64,000 nt of DNA, from contig NZ_CBDIHY010000002.1 in the NCBI RefSeq assembly GCF_965279435.1, positions 315,128-379,127 on the forward strand, in the 5' to 3' direction. The stretch's first letter is position 1. Each line of letters starts with the position of its first letter. The notes beneath the pieces were generated by a model. It was given only the letters and a program-made list of their open reading frames with translations. It ran no database searches and was not told where the DNA came from. The position numbers were made by a program, and so were the translations under genes. The stretch comes from Pararhizobium sp. (GTDB taxonomy: Bacteria > Pseudomonadota > Alphaproteobacteria > Rhizobiales > Rhizobiaceae). This document shows, piece after piece, positions 1 to 9,699 of this stretch.

Positions 1-195
1 TGTCTCGCCACCGGCTTCCACAACATAGTTGTCAAACAGCAGGCTGAGGGCTTTGCCGTCGGGGCTGATCGTCGCCGATACGCTATCGGAGGGGCAGCCG
101 CTGCCTCCATAGCCTGGTACGCCAAGTGAGATATCATCTGCATAAGCCGTAGAGGCCACGAACAGGGATGCGAATAGGATGCCGATAGCCTTCAT
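1..195 (-). CDS. Secreted protein, DUF4360-like (5' part only; runs off the window start)
   Basis: Hand translation from ATG at 195: MKAIGILFASLFVASTAYA|DDISLGVPGYGGSGCPSDSVSATISPDGKALSLLFDNY. Signal peptide and GAGGAA RBS. The GxGCP...SPDG..LSLLFD pattern is recalled from DUF4360. Not in the ORF track. Confidence 0.7.
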   Translation of the reverse strand, partial: MKAIGILFASLFVASTAYADDISLGVPGYGGSGCPSDSVSATISPDGKALSLLFDNYVVEAGGET

Positions 196-488
196 GTGAT
201 TTCCTCGGTGTTGTCGAACGAAGCGGCTGCTTCGCCTCAGAATTAGAGCCGCTGATCTGAACCTTTGATGAGCGCGTTGTTCATCTAGAGGTCATTTAGC
301 AAAGGTCTATGTGTAGGAAGGCCGGATTAATAAACTTTTAATCAAACACGACGGAAAGCGCGCAGTTGAAAGGCAAGATTGTGTCAAGGGAGGAATCTGG
401 CGGCGGTCGCCGGTTTGACGGTTCAGCCGGGGTTCATCCATTTTGCGATAGCCTTCACGGTGCAAAAAAGCAGGCGGAGAGACGCGGG

Positions 489-716
489 ATGCAAAAAGCA
501 ATGACGACCTTCAAAGCCTTTGCCGTTGCCGCCACGATTGGCTTTGTCACAGCAGGCTGCGCGACATCCACGCCGGTCGATAGCGAAAGGTCTCATGCGC
601 CTTCCGCGCAATTGATCGAACATCAACGCAAGCAGAAGATCCGGTTCCAGGAAGGGCACTACAAGCGGCTGTATCGTCCAAAGATCTGCCGGGATCGCCC
701 AAATTGCGGCATTTGA
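489..716 (+). CDS. Small lipoprotein (75 aa)
   Basis: GGAGA RBS before ATG 489. Lipoprotein-type signal ending VTAG|C, followed by a basic C-terminus. Confidence 0.6.
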   Translation: MQKAMTTFKAFAVAATIGFVTAGCATSTPVDSERSHAPSAQLIEHQRKQKIRFQEGHYKRLYRPKICRDRPNCGI

Positions 717-979
717 GCAGGCATCTGCATAAGGAGCATGGCGCCGACCGGCAGAGATAGTGCGCTTGAAGTGCGTGATTCCGGCGTTGGAGCGGACGTG
801 GCTTGTAACGTACAAGCAATCTTTTCATCCATTCTTTCAACGGATCTTGATCGTATGGTGGCCCCCTCCCCTATCAACGGCTTGGGGACCATCGCGTTGG
901 CAAAGATAGAGCCGGCTGCCGTGCCCTGTCGCAATCAATGCCACATTGTACGACGCAATACCCGTTTTCTACTTGTGTA

Positions 980-1501
980 TCAGGAATTGCCCTTGCGGCT
1001 TGTCTCGAAGAGAAACCACACGCGCTCTTCGGTTTCGTCGATCCAGTTTTCCAGGACGCTTGTACTCGCAACGTCGCCATGCTCGTCGCAAAGGGAGCGC
1101 GTTTCGCGCATGCGGGACAGAAGATCCGAATTGTCGTCGCGCAGCTCTGCCAGCATATCCTGCGGATCGACATAATCGGCATCATTGTCTGAAATTCGCT
1201 GGATCTTGCCGATATGGCCGATCGAGCGCAGCGTCGTGCCGCCGATCTTGCGGACCCGCTCTGCCAAGGGGTCGGTCATTGCCAGGATCTGTGCGGCCTG
1301 ATCGTCGAAGAGCAGGTGATAGTCGCGGAAATGCGGACCGGACATATGCCAGTGGAAATTCTTCGTCTTCAGATAGAGGGCAAACACGTCGGCAAGCAAA
1401 GCTGTCAAAGCACCGGAGATATCCCGGGTCGCGTCTTCTGAAAGGCCGGACGGTGTTCTCAAAGGTGCCATACGGCGCGCACGCGGTGTCTTGTCGGTCA
1501 T
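980..1501 (-). CDS. dps: Dps family DNA-protection/ferritin-like protein
   Basis: LYLKTKNFHWHMSGPHFRDYHLLFDDQ and DPLAERVRKIGG are hallmark Dps ferroxidase motifs. Start trimmed to ATG 1501. Confidence 0.92.
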   Translation of the reverse strand: MTDKTPRARRMAPLRTPSGLSEDATRDISGALTALLADVFALYLKTKNFHWHMSGPHFRDYHLLFDDQAAQILAMTDPLAERVRKIGGTTLRSIGHIGKIQRISDNDADYVDPQDMLAELRDDNSDLLSRMRETRSLCDEHGDVASTSVLENWIDETEERVWFLFETSRKGNS

Positions 1502-1538
1502 AACTCGGTTCCTTTGTTTCTGATTTGACGAGGCTTGT

Positions 1539-1724
1539 TCAGCGGATGGGTTGCAGAGAAAGGGGCGCGTTTGCAGGGAATGGTTCCTCCAAAGCCTCTT
1601 TGAGCAAATCCTCCTTGTTGTGCCTGCGATTGTTTGGCAGAACGAGATCTTGCAGGTCGAGGGGTTCTGGCAGCGAGGCAAGCGCGTCGCGGAGGTATTC
1701 GGGTTTGCTTGCGGCGTTTTTCAT
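1539..1724 (-). CDS. Small hypothetical protein (61 aa) upstream of dps
   Basis: GAGG RBS before ATG. C-terminal LLKEALEEPFPANAP resembles the LDEALEETFPASDP motif recalled from small alphaproteobacterial proteins. Confidence 0.55.
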   Translation of the reverse strand: MKNAASKPEYLRDALASLPEPLDLQDLVLPNNRRHNKEDLLKEALEEPFPANAPLSLQPIR

Positions 1725-2026
1725 GGCCTCTGTATCCCGGTGCTTTCATGCTTGGACCCGCCCCTTCATATAAGGCACTGCTCCAGTTCTTGCAGTAGGG
1801 TCTTGCCGAATTTTCGGCGTTCTCTTGCCGGCTGCGCTTCTGCCAATAATCTCCAGCCGTCAGCCAATCTGCATCTGCGGCAGGGACCACCGGCTGATGA
1901 TACAAAAGTACGGGATTGCTAAGTTTGTCTGTAAATTAGGTATATTTTACTGTGCTCTACGCCGATCTGCCTCTAATTTCGGCCGAACGAGCGACGCGCT
2001 CAAACGAACTTATGTACAGGAGACGA

Positions 2027-3619
2027 ATGATGAATGGACGATCCCGCCGGGCCAAGCTTCTCGGCGCCGTTTTCAGCTTTGCGCTTGCCGCCACGGCAGG
2101 GGTAGCCCACGCCGAAACACCCGCAAATGCCCTGATAGTTGCCCAGTCGATCGACGACGCAGTCAGCTTCGATCCGGCTGAAGGCTTCGAATTAACGACG
2201 GTACAGTCGTTCAACAACCTATACCAGCGCCTGATCGAATCCGACCGCACTGACGGCACCAAGATCGGTCCGGCCGTTGCAGCCTCCTGGGAATCTGGCG
2301 CCGACGGCAAGAGCTTGACGTTTACACTGACCGGCAAGTCGGTTTTCGCCTCCGGCAATCCGGTTCGCCCGGAAGACGTGATCTTCTCGCTGACCCGCGC
2401 CGTCAAGCTCAACAAGTCGCCGGCATTCATCCTGAACGAACTTGGCTGGACGGCAGAGAATGTCGATAACGCTGTCGAAAAGATTGATGACACGCATGTC
2501 AAGCTGACATGGACCGCCGATGTCGGCCCAGCCTTTGCATTGTCGCTGCTGACCGCACCGATCGCCTCGATTATCGACGAGAAGACTGTTTCGGCCGAAG
2601 CAAAGGATAATGACTTCGGTAATGGTTGGCTGAAGACCAATTCGGCCGGCAGCGGCGCCTTCAAGATCGCCTCCTATACGCCGCATGAGGCGCTGGTGCT
2701 GGAAGCCAACGGCCAGTCGGCCGATAAGCCAAAGCTTGAAAACGTCATTCTGCGCAACGTGCCTGACGTCGCCGCCCGTCGCCTGCTGGTTGAGCAGGGC
2801 GATGCCGATATCGCCCGTGGCCTTGGCGCCGACCAGATCGACGCGCTGAAGGACAAGCCCGGTATCAAGGTGCTCTCGGTTCCATCTGCCCGCACGGATT
2901 ACATCTTGATCAACTCCAAGGCCAACGAAACGCTCGGCAATCCCGCCTTCTGGGAAGCCGCCCGCTATCTGGTCGATTATAACGGTATCGCCAAGGATCT
3001 CCTGCGCGGCCAGAGCCAGGTGCATCAGGCCTTCCTGCCGGTCGGTTTCCCCGGCGCACTCACTGACACCCCATTCTCGCTCGACGTCGAAAAGGCCAAG
3101 AGGGTGCTCGCCGATGCTGGTATCAAGACGCCGGTCAAGGTCGAGTTCATCGTGTTCAACGATCAGCCGTTCCTGTCGATTGCGCAGTCGCTGCAGTCGT
3201 CGTTCGCCAAGGCCGGCATCGAGCTTGATATCCAGCCGGGTGTTGCCAGCGATATCTACGCCAAGGGCCGGTCGGGTCAGTATCAGATGACGCTGCGCTA
3301 CTGGATTCCGGATTATTTCGATCCGCATTCCAACGCCAGCGCATTCTCCAATAACCGTGACAACTCGACTAATACGGCTGCAAAATATGCCGGCTGGGTG
3401 ATCCCGGAACTGACCGACGAGACGCTGGCTGCTGTCAAGGAACAGGACCCCGCCAAGCGCACCGCGCTTTACGAAGACCTGCAGAAGAAGGTGCAGAAAA
3501 GCTCGCCTTTCGTTTTCCTGCTTCAGGGTAACGATCAGGTCGTGATAAGCGACAAGGTGAAAAACTATGTCCAGGGCCTGAACGCCGATCAGGTTTATTA
3601 CGATCACGTGGAGAAATAA
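2027..3619 (+). CDS. Peptide/nickel ABC transporter substrate-binding protein (family 5, DppA/DdpA-like)
   Basis: Signal peptide; SFDPAEGFE and FASGNPVRPEDVIFSLTR family-5 motifs; AGGAG RBS; first gene of a five-gene ABC operon. Confidence 0.92.
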   Translation: MMNGRSRRAKLLGAVFSFALAATAGVAHAETPANALIVAQSIDDAVSFDPAEGFELTTVQSFNNLYQRLIESDRTDGTKIGPAVAASWESGADGKSLTFTLTGKSVFASGNPVRPEDVIFSLTRAVKLNKSPAFILNELGWTAENVDNAVEKIDDTHVKLTWTADVGPAFALSLLTAPIASIIDEKTVSAEAKDNDFGNGWLKTNSAGSGAFKIASYTPHEALVLEANGQSADKPKLENVILRNVPDVAARRLLVEQGDADIARGLGADQIDALKDKPGIKVLSVPSARTDYILINSKANETLGNPAFWEAARYLVDYNGIAKDLLRGQSQVHQAFLPVGFPGALTDTPFSLDVEKAKRVLADAGIKTPVKVEFIVFNDQPFLSIAQSLQSSFAKAGIELDIQPGVASDIYAKGRSGQYQMTLRYWIPDYFDPHSNASAFSNNRDNSTNTAAKYAGWVIPELTDETLAAVKEQDPAKRTALYEDLQKKVQKSSPFVFLLQGNDQVVISDKVKNYVQGLNADQVYYDHVEK

Positions 3620-3623
3620 GTCA

Positions 3624-4703
3624 TTGCAGAAAGCGGTCCTCCGCAGCCTGCCTGAGCCAAACAACTCCCGCCAGCATCGCTGGCGGGAGTTGTCTTTGCT
3701 CGGGCCTTTTTCAAAATGGCTCGTGTCCTTTGCGATGACGCTGCTGGGCCTCGCGCTGGTGACATTTGCCATGACGCGGCTCTCGCCGATTGATCCCGCC
3801 TTGCAGATGGTCGGCGACCATGCCAGCCAGTCCACCTACCAGGCCGCTCGGCTTGAGCTCGGCCTTGACCAGCCGCTTCCAGTTCAATTCCTGCGCTATC
3901 TGCAACAGGCGGCCTCCGGCAATTTTGGCCAGTCGATCTCGACAGGCCAACCGGTCGCCTCCGATATTGCCCGAACGTTCCCCGCCACGCTGGAGCTTGC
4001 TACCGCTGCGATCATCATCGGCAGCGTCATCGGCCTGACGCTCGGTATTGCCGCCGCCATGCGCCAGGGCGGGCTGGTCGATGCAATTGCCCGCTTCGTC
4101 TCGCTGTTTGGCTATTCCGTGCCGATCTTCTGGCTCGGCCTGTTGATGCTGCTGCTGTTTTACGCGCGCCTGCATTGGGCGCCCGGGCCGGGGCGGCTCG
4201 ATGTCATGTTCCAATATACAGTGAAGCCCGTCACCGGCTTTGCCCTGATCGACACCTGGATGTCGGGCAAGGCCGGAGCATTCCGCGATGCGCTGGCGCA
4301 TCTGGCCCTGCCCGCCATCGTTCTGGCTTTTCACGCCCTTGCCGGGATTTCCCGACTGACGCGCGCCTCGATCCTCTCCGAGCTTGGGCAGGAATATGTG
4401 CTGACTGCGCGCGCCAAGGGCGCGAGCCTTTCCCGTGTCGTCTTTGTCCACATCCTGCCGAACATTGCCGGCACGCTTCTCACCGTCATCGCGCTTGCCT
4501 ATGCCAGTCTGCTCGAGGGCGCAGTGCTGACCGAGACAGTGTTTGCCTGGCCGGGTATTGGCCGCTACCTGACGACTGCGATGTTTTCCGGGGACATGCC
4601 CGCCATTCTCGGCGCCACGCTGGTCGTCGGCAGTTGCTTCGTGCTCCTGAACGCGCTCACCGATGTGGCTGCGGCCCGAATCCACAAAGGGCAGGCTCGA
4701 TGA
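3624..4703 (+). CDS. Peptide ABC transporter permease (DppB-like)
   Basis: LGLDQPLPVQFLRY, TARAKG EAA loop and ETVFAWPGIG. TTG start uncertain. Confidence 0.9.
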   Translation: MQKAVLRSLPEPNNSRQHRWRELSLLGPFSKWLVSFAMTLLGLALVTFAMTRLSPIDPALQMVGDHASQSTYQAARLELGLDQPLPVQFLRYLQQAASGNFGQSISTGQPVASDIARTFPATLELATAAIIIGSVIGLTLGIAAAMRQGGLVDAIARFVSLFGYSVPIFWLGLLMLLLFYARLHWAPGPGRLDVMFQYTVKPVTGFALIDTWMSGKAGAFRDALAHLALPAIVLAFHALAGISRLTRASILSELGQEYVLTARAKGASLSRVVFVHILPNIAGTLLTVIALAYASLLEGAVLTETVFAWPGIGRYLTTAMFSGDMPAILGATLVVGSCFVLLNALTDVAAARIHKGQAR

Positions 4704-5560
4704 GTGCGCTGACAACACCGCAAATTTCGCCGGCACGCTGGCTGCGGCTCCGCTTGTCCCGTTCGCCATCGTTGACGACCGGGGCCGCCATCATCCTGAT
4801 CGTGCTGTTTATGGCGATCTTTGCACCGTGGCTTGCGCCGTATGATCCGACGCTTCAGGAAACCGCTAACCGGCTGATGGCACCGAGCCAGCAGCACTGG
4901 CTGGGGACCGATGCGTTCGGCCGTGATATTCTCTCGCGGCTGATCTATGGCGCCCGTCCGACGCTGCTGCTGGTGCTGTTCGTCGTGCTGTTGATGGCGC
5001 CCGTGGGTATCACCATCGGTATTCTCGCAGGTTATCTCGGCGGTTTCGTCGAGCGCAGCCTTATGCGCATCACCGATATCGTCATGTCATTTCCACGCCT
5101 GCTGCTTGCCTTCGCCTTTGTCGCCATCATGGGACCGGGTCTGCTCAATGGTGCGCTGGCGCTAGCGCTGACCAGCTGGCCCGCCTATGCGCGGCAGGCG
5201 CGTGCCGAAACGGCAAAGCTGGCCAAAAGCGATTATCTTGCTGCTGCAGAAATGGTCGGCATCAAGGGCCCTCGCCTGTTGTTCGGCCATGTCCTGCCGC
5301 TTGTACTACCGTCGGCTGTCATCCGCCTGGCGCTCGATCTCTCGGGCATCATTCTGGCTGCAGCCGGACTGGGGTTTCTTGGCCTTGGCGTTCGTCCGCC
5401 AACGGCGGAATGGGGCTCGATGGTCGCCGACGGCACGCAGGTGATCTTCGATCAATGGTGGATCGCTGCAACGCCGGGCTTTGCCATCCTCATCACCTCC
5501 TTCGGCTTCAACCTGCTCGCCGACGGTCTGCGCGACCTGATGGATCCCCGCAATGACTGA
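4700..5560 (+). CDS. Peptide ABC transporter permease (DppC-like)
   Basis: HWLGTDAFGRDILSRLIYGAR and PPTAEWG. ATGA overlap with the upstream gene. Confidence 0.92.
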   Translation: MSALTTPQISPARWLRLRLSRSPSLTTGAAIILIVLFMAIFAPWLAPYDPTLQETANRLMAPSQQHWLGTDAFGRDILSRLIYGARPTLLLVLFVVLLMAPVGITIGILAGYLGGFVERSLMRITDIVMSFPRLLLAFAFVAIMGPGLLNGALALALTSWPAYARQARAETAKLAKSDYLAAAEMVGIKGPRLLFGHVLPLVLPSAVIRLALDLSGIILAAAGLGFLGLGVRPPTAEWGSMVADGTQVIFDQWWIAATPGFAILITSFGFNLLADGLRDLMDPRND

Positions 5561-6386
5561 TGCCCTGCTGACAGTGGAAGACCTCACCATCTCGTTTCCA
5601 TCGGATAACGGGCCTGTACCGGTCGTCAAATCCATCTCGCTCACGGTCGGCCGCGAGATCGTCGCCGTCGTCGGTGAATCCGGATCGGGCAAATCGCTGA
5701 CCGGGCGGGCGATCATGGGCCTCCTGCCGCGCCGCGCGCACGTTCGCGCATCCCGCATGCTGTTCGAGGGCATCGATTTGCAGACGCTCGGTCCATCCGG
5801 CTGGAACGGTTTGCGCGGCAGCGGCATGGGGCTGATCCTGCAGGATCCGAAATTCTCGCTCAACCCAGCCCATCGCGTCGGCCGCCAGGTCGAGGAGGCG
5901 CTGCTGCTGCACACCAAGCTTTCTGCAAGGGAGCGCAAGCAGCGCGCCCTCGATATGCTGGTAAAGGTCGGATTGCCGGATCCGGAACGGATTTATGCAA
6001 GCTATCCCGCAGCACTCTCCGGCGGCATGGGTCAGCGCGTGATGATTGCCGCCATGCTGATCAACCGGCCGAAGCTGATCATTGCCGACGAACCGACCTC
6101 CGCACTTGATCGCGGTCTGCAGGATCAGGTGCTCACCCTCCTGCGTTCGCTGACGGAGGAATTCGGCATGGGGCTGCTGCTGATCAGCCATGATCTGCAG
6201 CAGGTGTCGCGTTATGCCGACCGGGTGATCGTCATGCGCCAGGGGGAGATCGTCGAGCGTCTGCCGGCATCCGAGCTTGCGCAGGCGCAAACGGCCTACA
6301 CGCGCGGCCTCTGGGCAGCCCGGCCATCGTTCGCCACCTACGGAACGCGGCTGCCGGTGTTTGAAGACAGTGGAAACCCATCATGA
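5553..6386 (+). CDS. Peptide ABC transporter ATP-binding protein (DppD-like)
   Basis: Walker A GESGSGKS, LSGGMGQRV, IIADEPT. Confidence 0.93.
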   Translation: MTDALLTVEDLTISFPSDNGPVPVVKSISLTVGREIVAVVGESGSGKSLTGRAIMGLLPRRAHVRASRMLFEGIDLQTLGPSGWNGLRGSGMGLILQDPKFSLNPAHRVGRQVEEALLLHTKLSARERKQRALDMLVKVGLPDPERIYASYPAALSGGMGQRVMIAAMLINRPKLIIADEPTSALDRGLQDQVLTLLRSLTEEFGMGLLLISHDLQQVSRYADRVIVMRQGEIVERLPASELAQAQTAYTRGLWAARPSFATYGTRLPVFEDSGNPS

Positions 6387-7114
6387 TATCAACCGTTTCG
6401 GTCGAACAGCTGTCGATTTCCTTCCCGTCAGCCAAGACACGCTTCACGGCCGTCAGCAACGTCGCGTTTTCTGTTGAGGAAGGTCAAACCTTCGGCCTGA
6501 TCGGTCCGTCCGGATGTGGCAAGACCACTGTTCTGCGCGCCATTGCCGGGCTCAATACCAGCTGGACCGGCTTGATCGACATTTTCGGAGCCAAGCTCGA
6601 ACCGGGCCGGAAGATCACCGGTGACACCCGCTGCAATATCCAGATGGTATTTCAGGACCCCTATTCGTCGCTGCATCCCCGGCACCGGATCGCGCATATC
6701 CTTGGCGAGCCGCTGAAGGTTCACGGCGCTGAAGGTATCGATGCCGCGGTGCGTATCGCCCTTGATCAGGTCGGCCTTTCACCAGCCATTGCAGGGCGTT
6801 ATCCCCACCAGTTGTCGGGCGGCCAGCGGCAGCGTGTCGCGATTGCCCGCGCTTTGCTGTTGAAGCCGAAACTGTTGCTGCTTGATGAGCCGACATCCGC
6901 CCTCGATGTGACCGTTCAGGCAGAAATCCTCAACCTGCTCAACGATCTGAAGGCATCGCATCGCATGACGTTCATCCTCGTCAGCCATGATGCGGGGGTG
7001 ATTGGCCACATGTGTGATCGCGGCGTCCTGATGAGCCAAGGACGCATCGCCCGTGAACTCGACCGTGCGGCGCTATCGGAATTGACAGAAGAAACCGTCG
7101 AGGCCGCCGCCTGA
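6383..7114 (+). CDS. Peptide ABC transporter ATP-binding protein (DppF-like)
   Basis: [23 protein letters not shown]. Confidence 0.93.
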   Translation: MISTVSVEQLSISFPSAKTRFTAVSNVAFSVEEGQTFGLIGPSGCGKTTVLRAIAGLNTSWTGLIDIFGAKLEPGRKITGDTRCNIQMVFQDPYSSLHPRHRIAHILGEPLKVHGAEGIDAAVRIALDQVGLSPAIAGRYPHQLSGGQRQRVAIARALLLKPKLLLLDEPTSALDVTVQAEILNLLNDLKASHRMTFILVSHDAGVIGHMCDRGVLMSQGRIARELDRAALSELTEETVEAAA

Positions 7115-7156
7115 GACGAAACGCCCAGATATCGAGAAAATTTCCGGACTATTCTC

Positions 7157-7777
7157 TCAGTGGGACATGCCGGACTTGATCGCCTGTTCGGCAAGCGCCT
7201 CGGCATTCTGCGCTGGGGGCAGCTCGTAATTTCTGCGAGCCTTCGCTTTCATTTTCAGCAGGGACAGCAGCTCGTAGCCGCCTGTCCACCGGCCGAAACC
7301 GCTTTCGATGTTGATGTGGCCGGCCGGCCCGAGGTTTCTGACCTGCGTCTTCCAGAGGCGGCTGTAGAGCGACAGGCTTTCCAGCGGCATGTAGATATCG
7401 TTCAGGCTTCCGACCGTGATGGTTGGAAAGGGCAGAGTGCGGGTCGGCATCCGGCCAAAATGGATCGCGCCCGGATGAAGCCTTTCGGTGGTCGACAGAT
7501 CGCAGGGGGCAACCAGCAACGCGCCCTTGATCAATCTTGCCGATGGCCGGTCCGCACATTTCGCGGCCAGCAGGCAACCAAGGCTGTGCGCAACGATATA
7601 GGCTGGCCCTTCCTGAACAAGCACCTCTTCAAGACGGTCTGTCCAAGCTTCAACCTTTGGGGATTTCCAGTCGTCCTGCTCGACCAAACGGCTTTCCTTA
7701 TCGTCCTTGAGCCAGAACCGTTGCCAATGCCCGTCATCGGACCCGTTCAGCCCAGGCAGGATCAGGGTGGATGTCAT
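7157..7777 (-). CDS. Alpha/beta hydrolase, RBBP9/YdeN family
   Basis: LILPGLNGS..HWQ, nucleophile elbow AHSLG, LLVAP, and HINIESGFG. GAGGA RBS before ATG 7777. Confidence 0.85.
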   Translation of the reverse strand: MTSTLILPGLNGSDDGHWQRFWLKDDKESRLVEQDDWKSPKVEAWTDRLEEVLVQEGPAYIVAHSLGCLLAAKCADRPSARLIKGALLVAPCDLSTTERLHPGAIHFGRMPTRTLPFPTITVGSLNDIYMPLESLSLYSRLWKTQVRNLGPAGHINIESGFGRWTGGYELLSLLKMKAKARRNYELPPAQNAEALAEQAIKSGMSH

Positions 7778-7804
7778 TTGGTTGTTCCTCACCGTCTAAC
7801 GCCG

Positions 7805-7990
7805 TCAGCTTTGGAAAGAGCGAGACCGTTCCAGTGCTGAGATTTCCTGCGAAATCTCGGATATGCGCTCGCGCAGATCACGTCGTGCCCGGTAACCCAT
7901 TCCGGAAAAGCCCGCATCATCCAGGTCCAGCTTTGCTTCCAACTGGTCCCTCATGGTTTGAAGGCGGTCAAAATGTCTGAGCAAGCTCAT
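7805..7990 (-). CDS. Small coiled-coil-like hypothetical protein (61 aa)
   Basis: GAGGAC RBS 5 nt before ATG. Helical heptad-like composition; lies in tandem with the hydrolase gene. Confidence 0.55.
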   Translation of the reverse strand: MSLLRHFDRLQTMRDQLEAKLDLDDAGFSGMGYRARRDLRERISEISQEISALERSRSFQS

Positions 7991-8347
7991 TATGTCCTCA
8001 CATCTGCAACGCGAAATCCCATGATCTGTCGATCAGGGTAGAGTGAGCATTATTATCCATAAATTTAGTAGACAAAAGAAACTGCAGACTATCCGTGACC
8101 GCGATTGCGGAAATTCGAGCCTGCCGGTTGTTGAGGACACGGAAAAACTCACGGGAAAAGTGTTTTTCAGCTTTCAGGATGACATGGGCGCCAAGCGTTC
8201 AGGGAAGTGGCGACTGGCAAACGGTTACCCCAGGCGTCATGCGCAGAAACGGATGGATGCGGGTTTCACGGTGGGTAAAAAAGTGCGGGTTGAGACCGGA
8301 CTTTGGGCAAAACGTTTAAATTCGGGAACGGAGCAGGATGTCATTCG

Positions 8348-8376
8348 TTGTTTGCGGCCGCTGCATTGAGCATACT
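8348..8376 (+). promoter_or_regulatory. Sigma70-type promoter for the small RNA
   Basis: TTGTTT(8348-8353)-17 nt-CATACT(8371-8376), ending 6 nt before the first hairpin of the sRNA. Confidence 0.55.
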
Positions 8377-8382
8377 GACGGC

Positions 8383-8492
8383 GGTTGAAGTTCTCGGTGC
8401 CCTCTCCTCCCGGGCCATCGTTTTTCAACCGTTCCCTCTGGAGGTTAATCCTTCAAAACTCAGGGTCTCCGTTTACTGGAGGCCTTTTTTTT
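8383..8492 (+). ncRNA. AbcR-like (alpha-r15 family) trans-acting small RNA
   Basis: About 110 nt. 5' stem GGTTGAA/TTCAACC enclosing the anti-SD CTCTCCTCCC, second motif GTTCCCTCTGGAGGTT, then a Rho-independent terminator. Motifs and order match AbcR1/2 as recalled. Confidence 0.8.
8462..8492 (+). terminator. Rho-independent terminator of the sRNA
   Basis: GGTCTCC/GGAGGCC stem followed by 8 T. Confidence 0.85.
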
Positions 8493-8522
8493 GACCTGTT
8501 TTTGAAGCGTCGCACACCCGCA

Positions 8523-9353
8523 CTATGCGGTTCCCGTTCGCCGCCGCAGGATCTCGATCTCGTGCCGGTCAAGAGCGCGGGCCGACCCTTTCGCCAACTC
8601 GCCCAGCTTGATATCGTCGATCGCGACGCGAACCAATCGAAGGCATTCGATATCCAGGCCCTTGAGCATTCTCCGGATCTGACGGTAGCGGCCCTCACGC
8701 AGCTCGACTTCCAGCCAAGTGCTTCTTCCTCCCGACCGCAGAATCTCGACGGATGAAGCCTTGAGCATCTCGCCGCCCTCGCATACGCCGCGGCGCATAT
8801 GGGCAATCATGTCGTCCGTCGGGGTGCTCCTCACCTGCACGTGATAGATCTTCCCGACATTGGTGACCGGATCGAGCAGGCGTTGGGCGAGCACCGTATC
8901 ATTGGTGAACAGCAGCAATCCCTCGCTTGCCTTGTCCAAACGGCCGACGGGGGAAAGGAAGGGATTGTCCATCTGCGCAAGGCAATCGAACACCGTTGGG
9001 CGCCCTTCAGGATCGACCCTTGTCGTCACCATACCACGTGGCTTGTTGAGCATGAGATAGACGCTGGATTGCGCAACCAGCCGGATGCCGTCGACCGCAA
9101 TGATGTCCTTATGAACGTCTGCCCATGTCAGGATATCGGTGACCACCCGCCCGCCCAGCGTCACGCGCCGTTCGGCGATCAGTGTTTCGGCTTGCGTGCG
9201 CGAACAATAGCCAAGTTTGGAAAGCGCACGGCAGATGGTTGCGCGTGCGCCGCTGTCGAATGCTTGTTTAGCCAAGTCGAAGTATTCCGGAAGCTTTGCT
9301 GCCTGGACTGCGCTGAGACACGCCACATCGTTTGCAGTTGCGCAGCCAATCAA
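8523..9353 (-). CDS. rRNA pseudouridine synthase (RsuA/RluB/E/F family); start uncertain
   Basis: S4-like domain (ALSKLGYCSRTQAETLI), LNKPRGMVTT, catalytic GRLD, and EGRYRQIRRM. Confidence 0.88.
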   Translation of the reverse strand: MIGCATANDVACLSAVQAAKLPEYFDLAKQAFDSGARATICRALSKLGYCSRTQAETLIAERRVTLGGRVVTDILTWADVHKDIIAVDGIRLVAQSSVYLMLNKPRGMVTTRVDPEGRPTVFDCLAQMDNPFLSPVGRLDKASEGLLLFTNDTVLAQRLLDPVTNVGKIYHVQVRSTPTDDMIAHMRRGVCEGGEMLKASSVEILRSGGRSTWLEVELREGRYRQIRRMLKGLDIECLRLVRVAIDDIKLGELAKGSARALDRHEIEILRRRTGTA

Positions 9354-9699
9354 CAGGGCAGCGCGCGATCAAACATGGATGGGTATCGGAATCCCGTCGA
9401 ACTGTAACGGGTGCGCAAAGGCGGTAGAGTGATCATGTCAGAAACCTGGCCGTCCCGAACGTCAAGCCAGGGCTTCTTCAACGTTCGGGCTAAGTGCCGG
9501 TTTTCGAGAGTTTAGACTCTCGCCGAAGGTGGATCACGATACGCGACATCATCTCGTTGCGTTTAGCCAAAACCGCTTAGAAGTCAAGCTGGGCGGCCTG
9601 CGGCGCTTTATCCATCGGCGGTTCGTCTGGACCCGCACGCGCCTGTTGCCCGATTGGGCAGGAGGCACTATCCATCAGGTCGACACGAAGGATTCCGCG

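Noticed and set aside
8056-8072. Possible Rrf2-family operator TCCATAAATTTAGTAGA
   Set aside because: Only the 8-bp AT core is palindromic, and no cognate regulator is in the window.
8043-8369. 108-aa ORF upstream of the sRNA
   Set aside because: No RBS or motif, and it overlaps the promoter regions of the sRNA and the divergent small gene.
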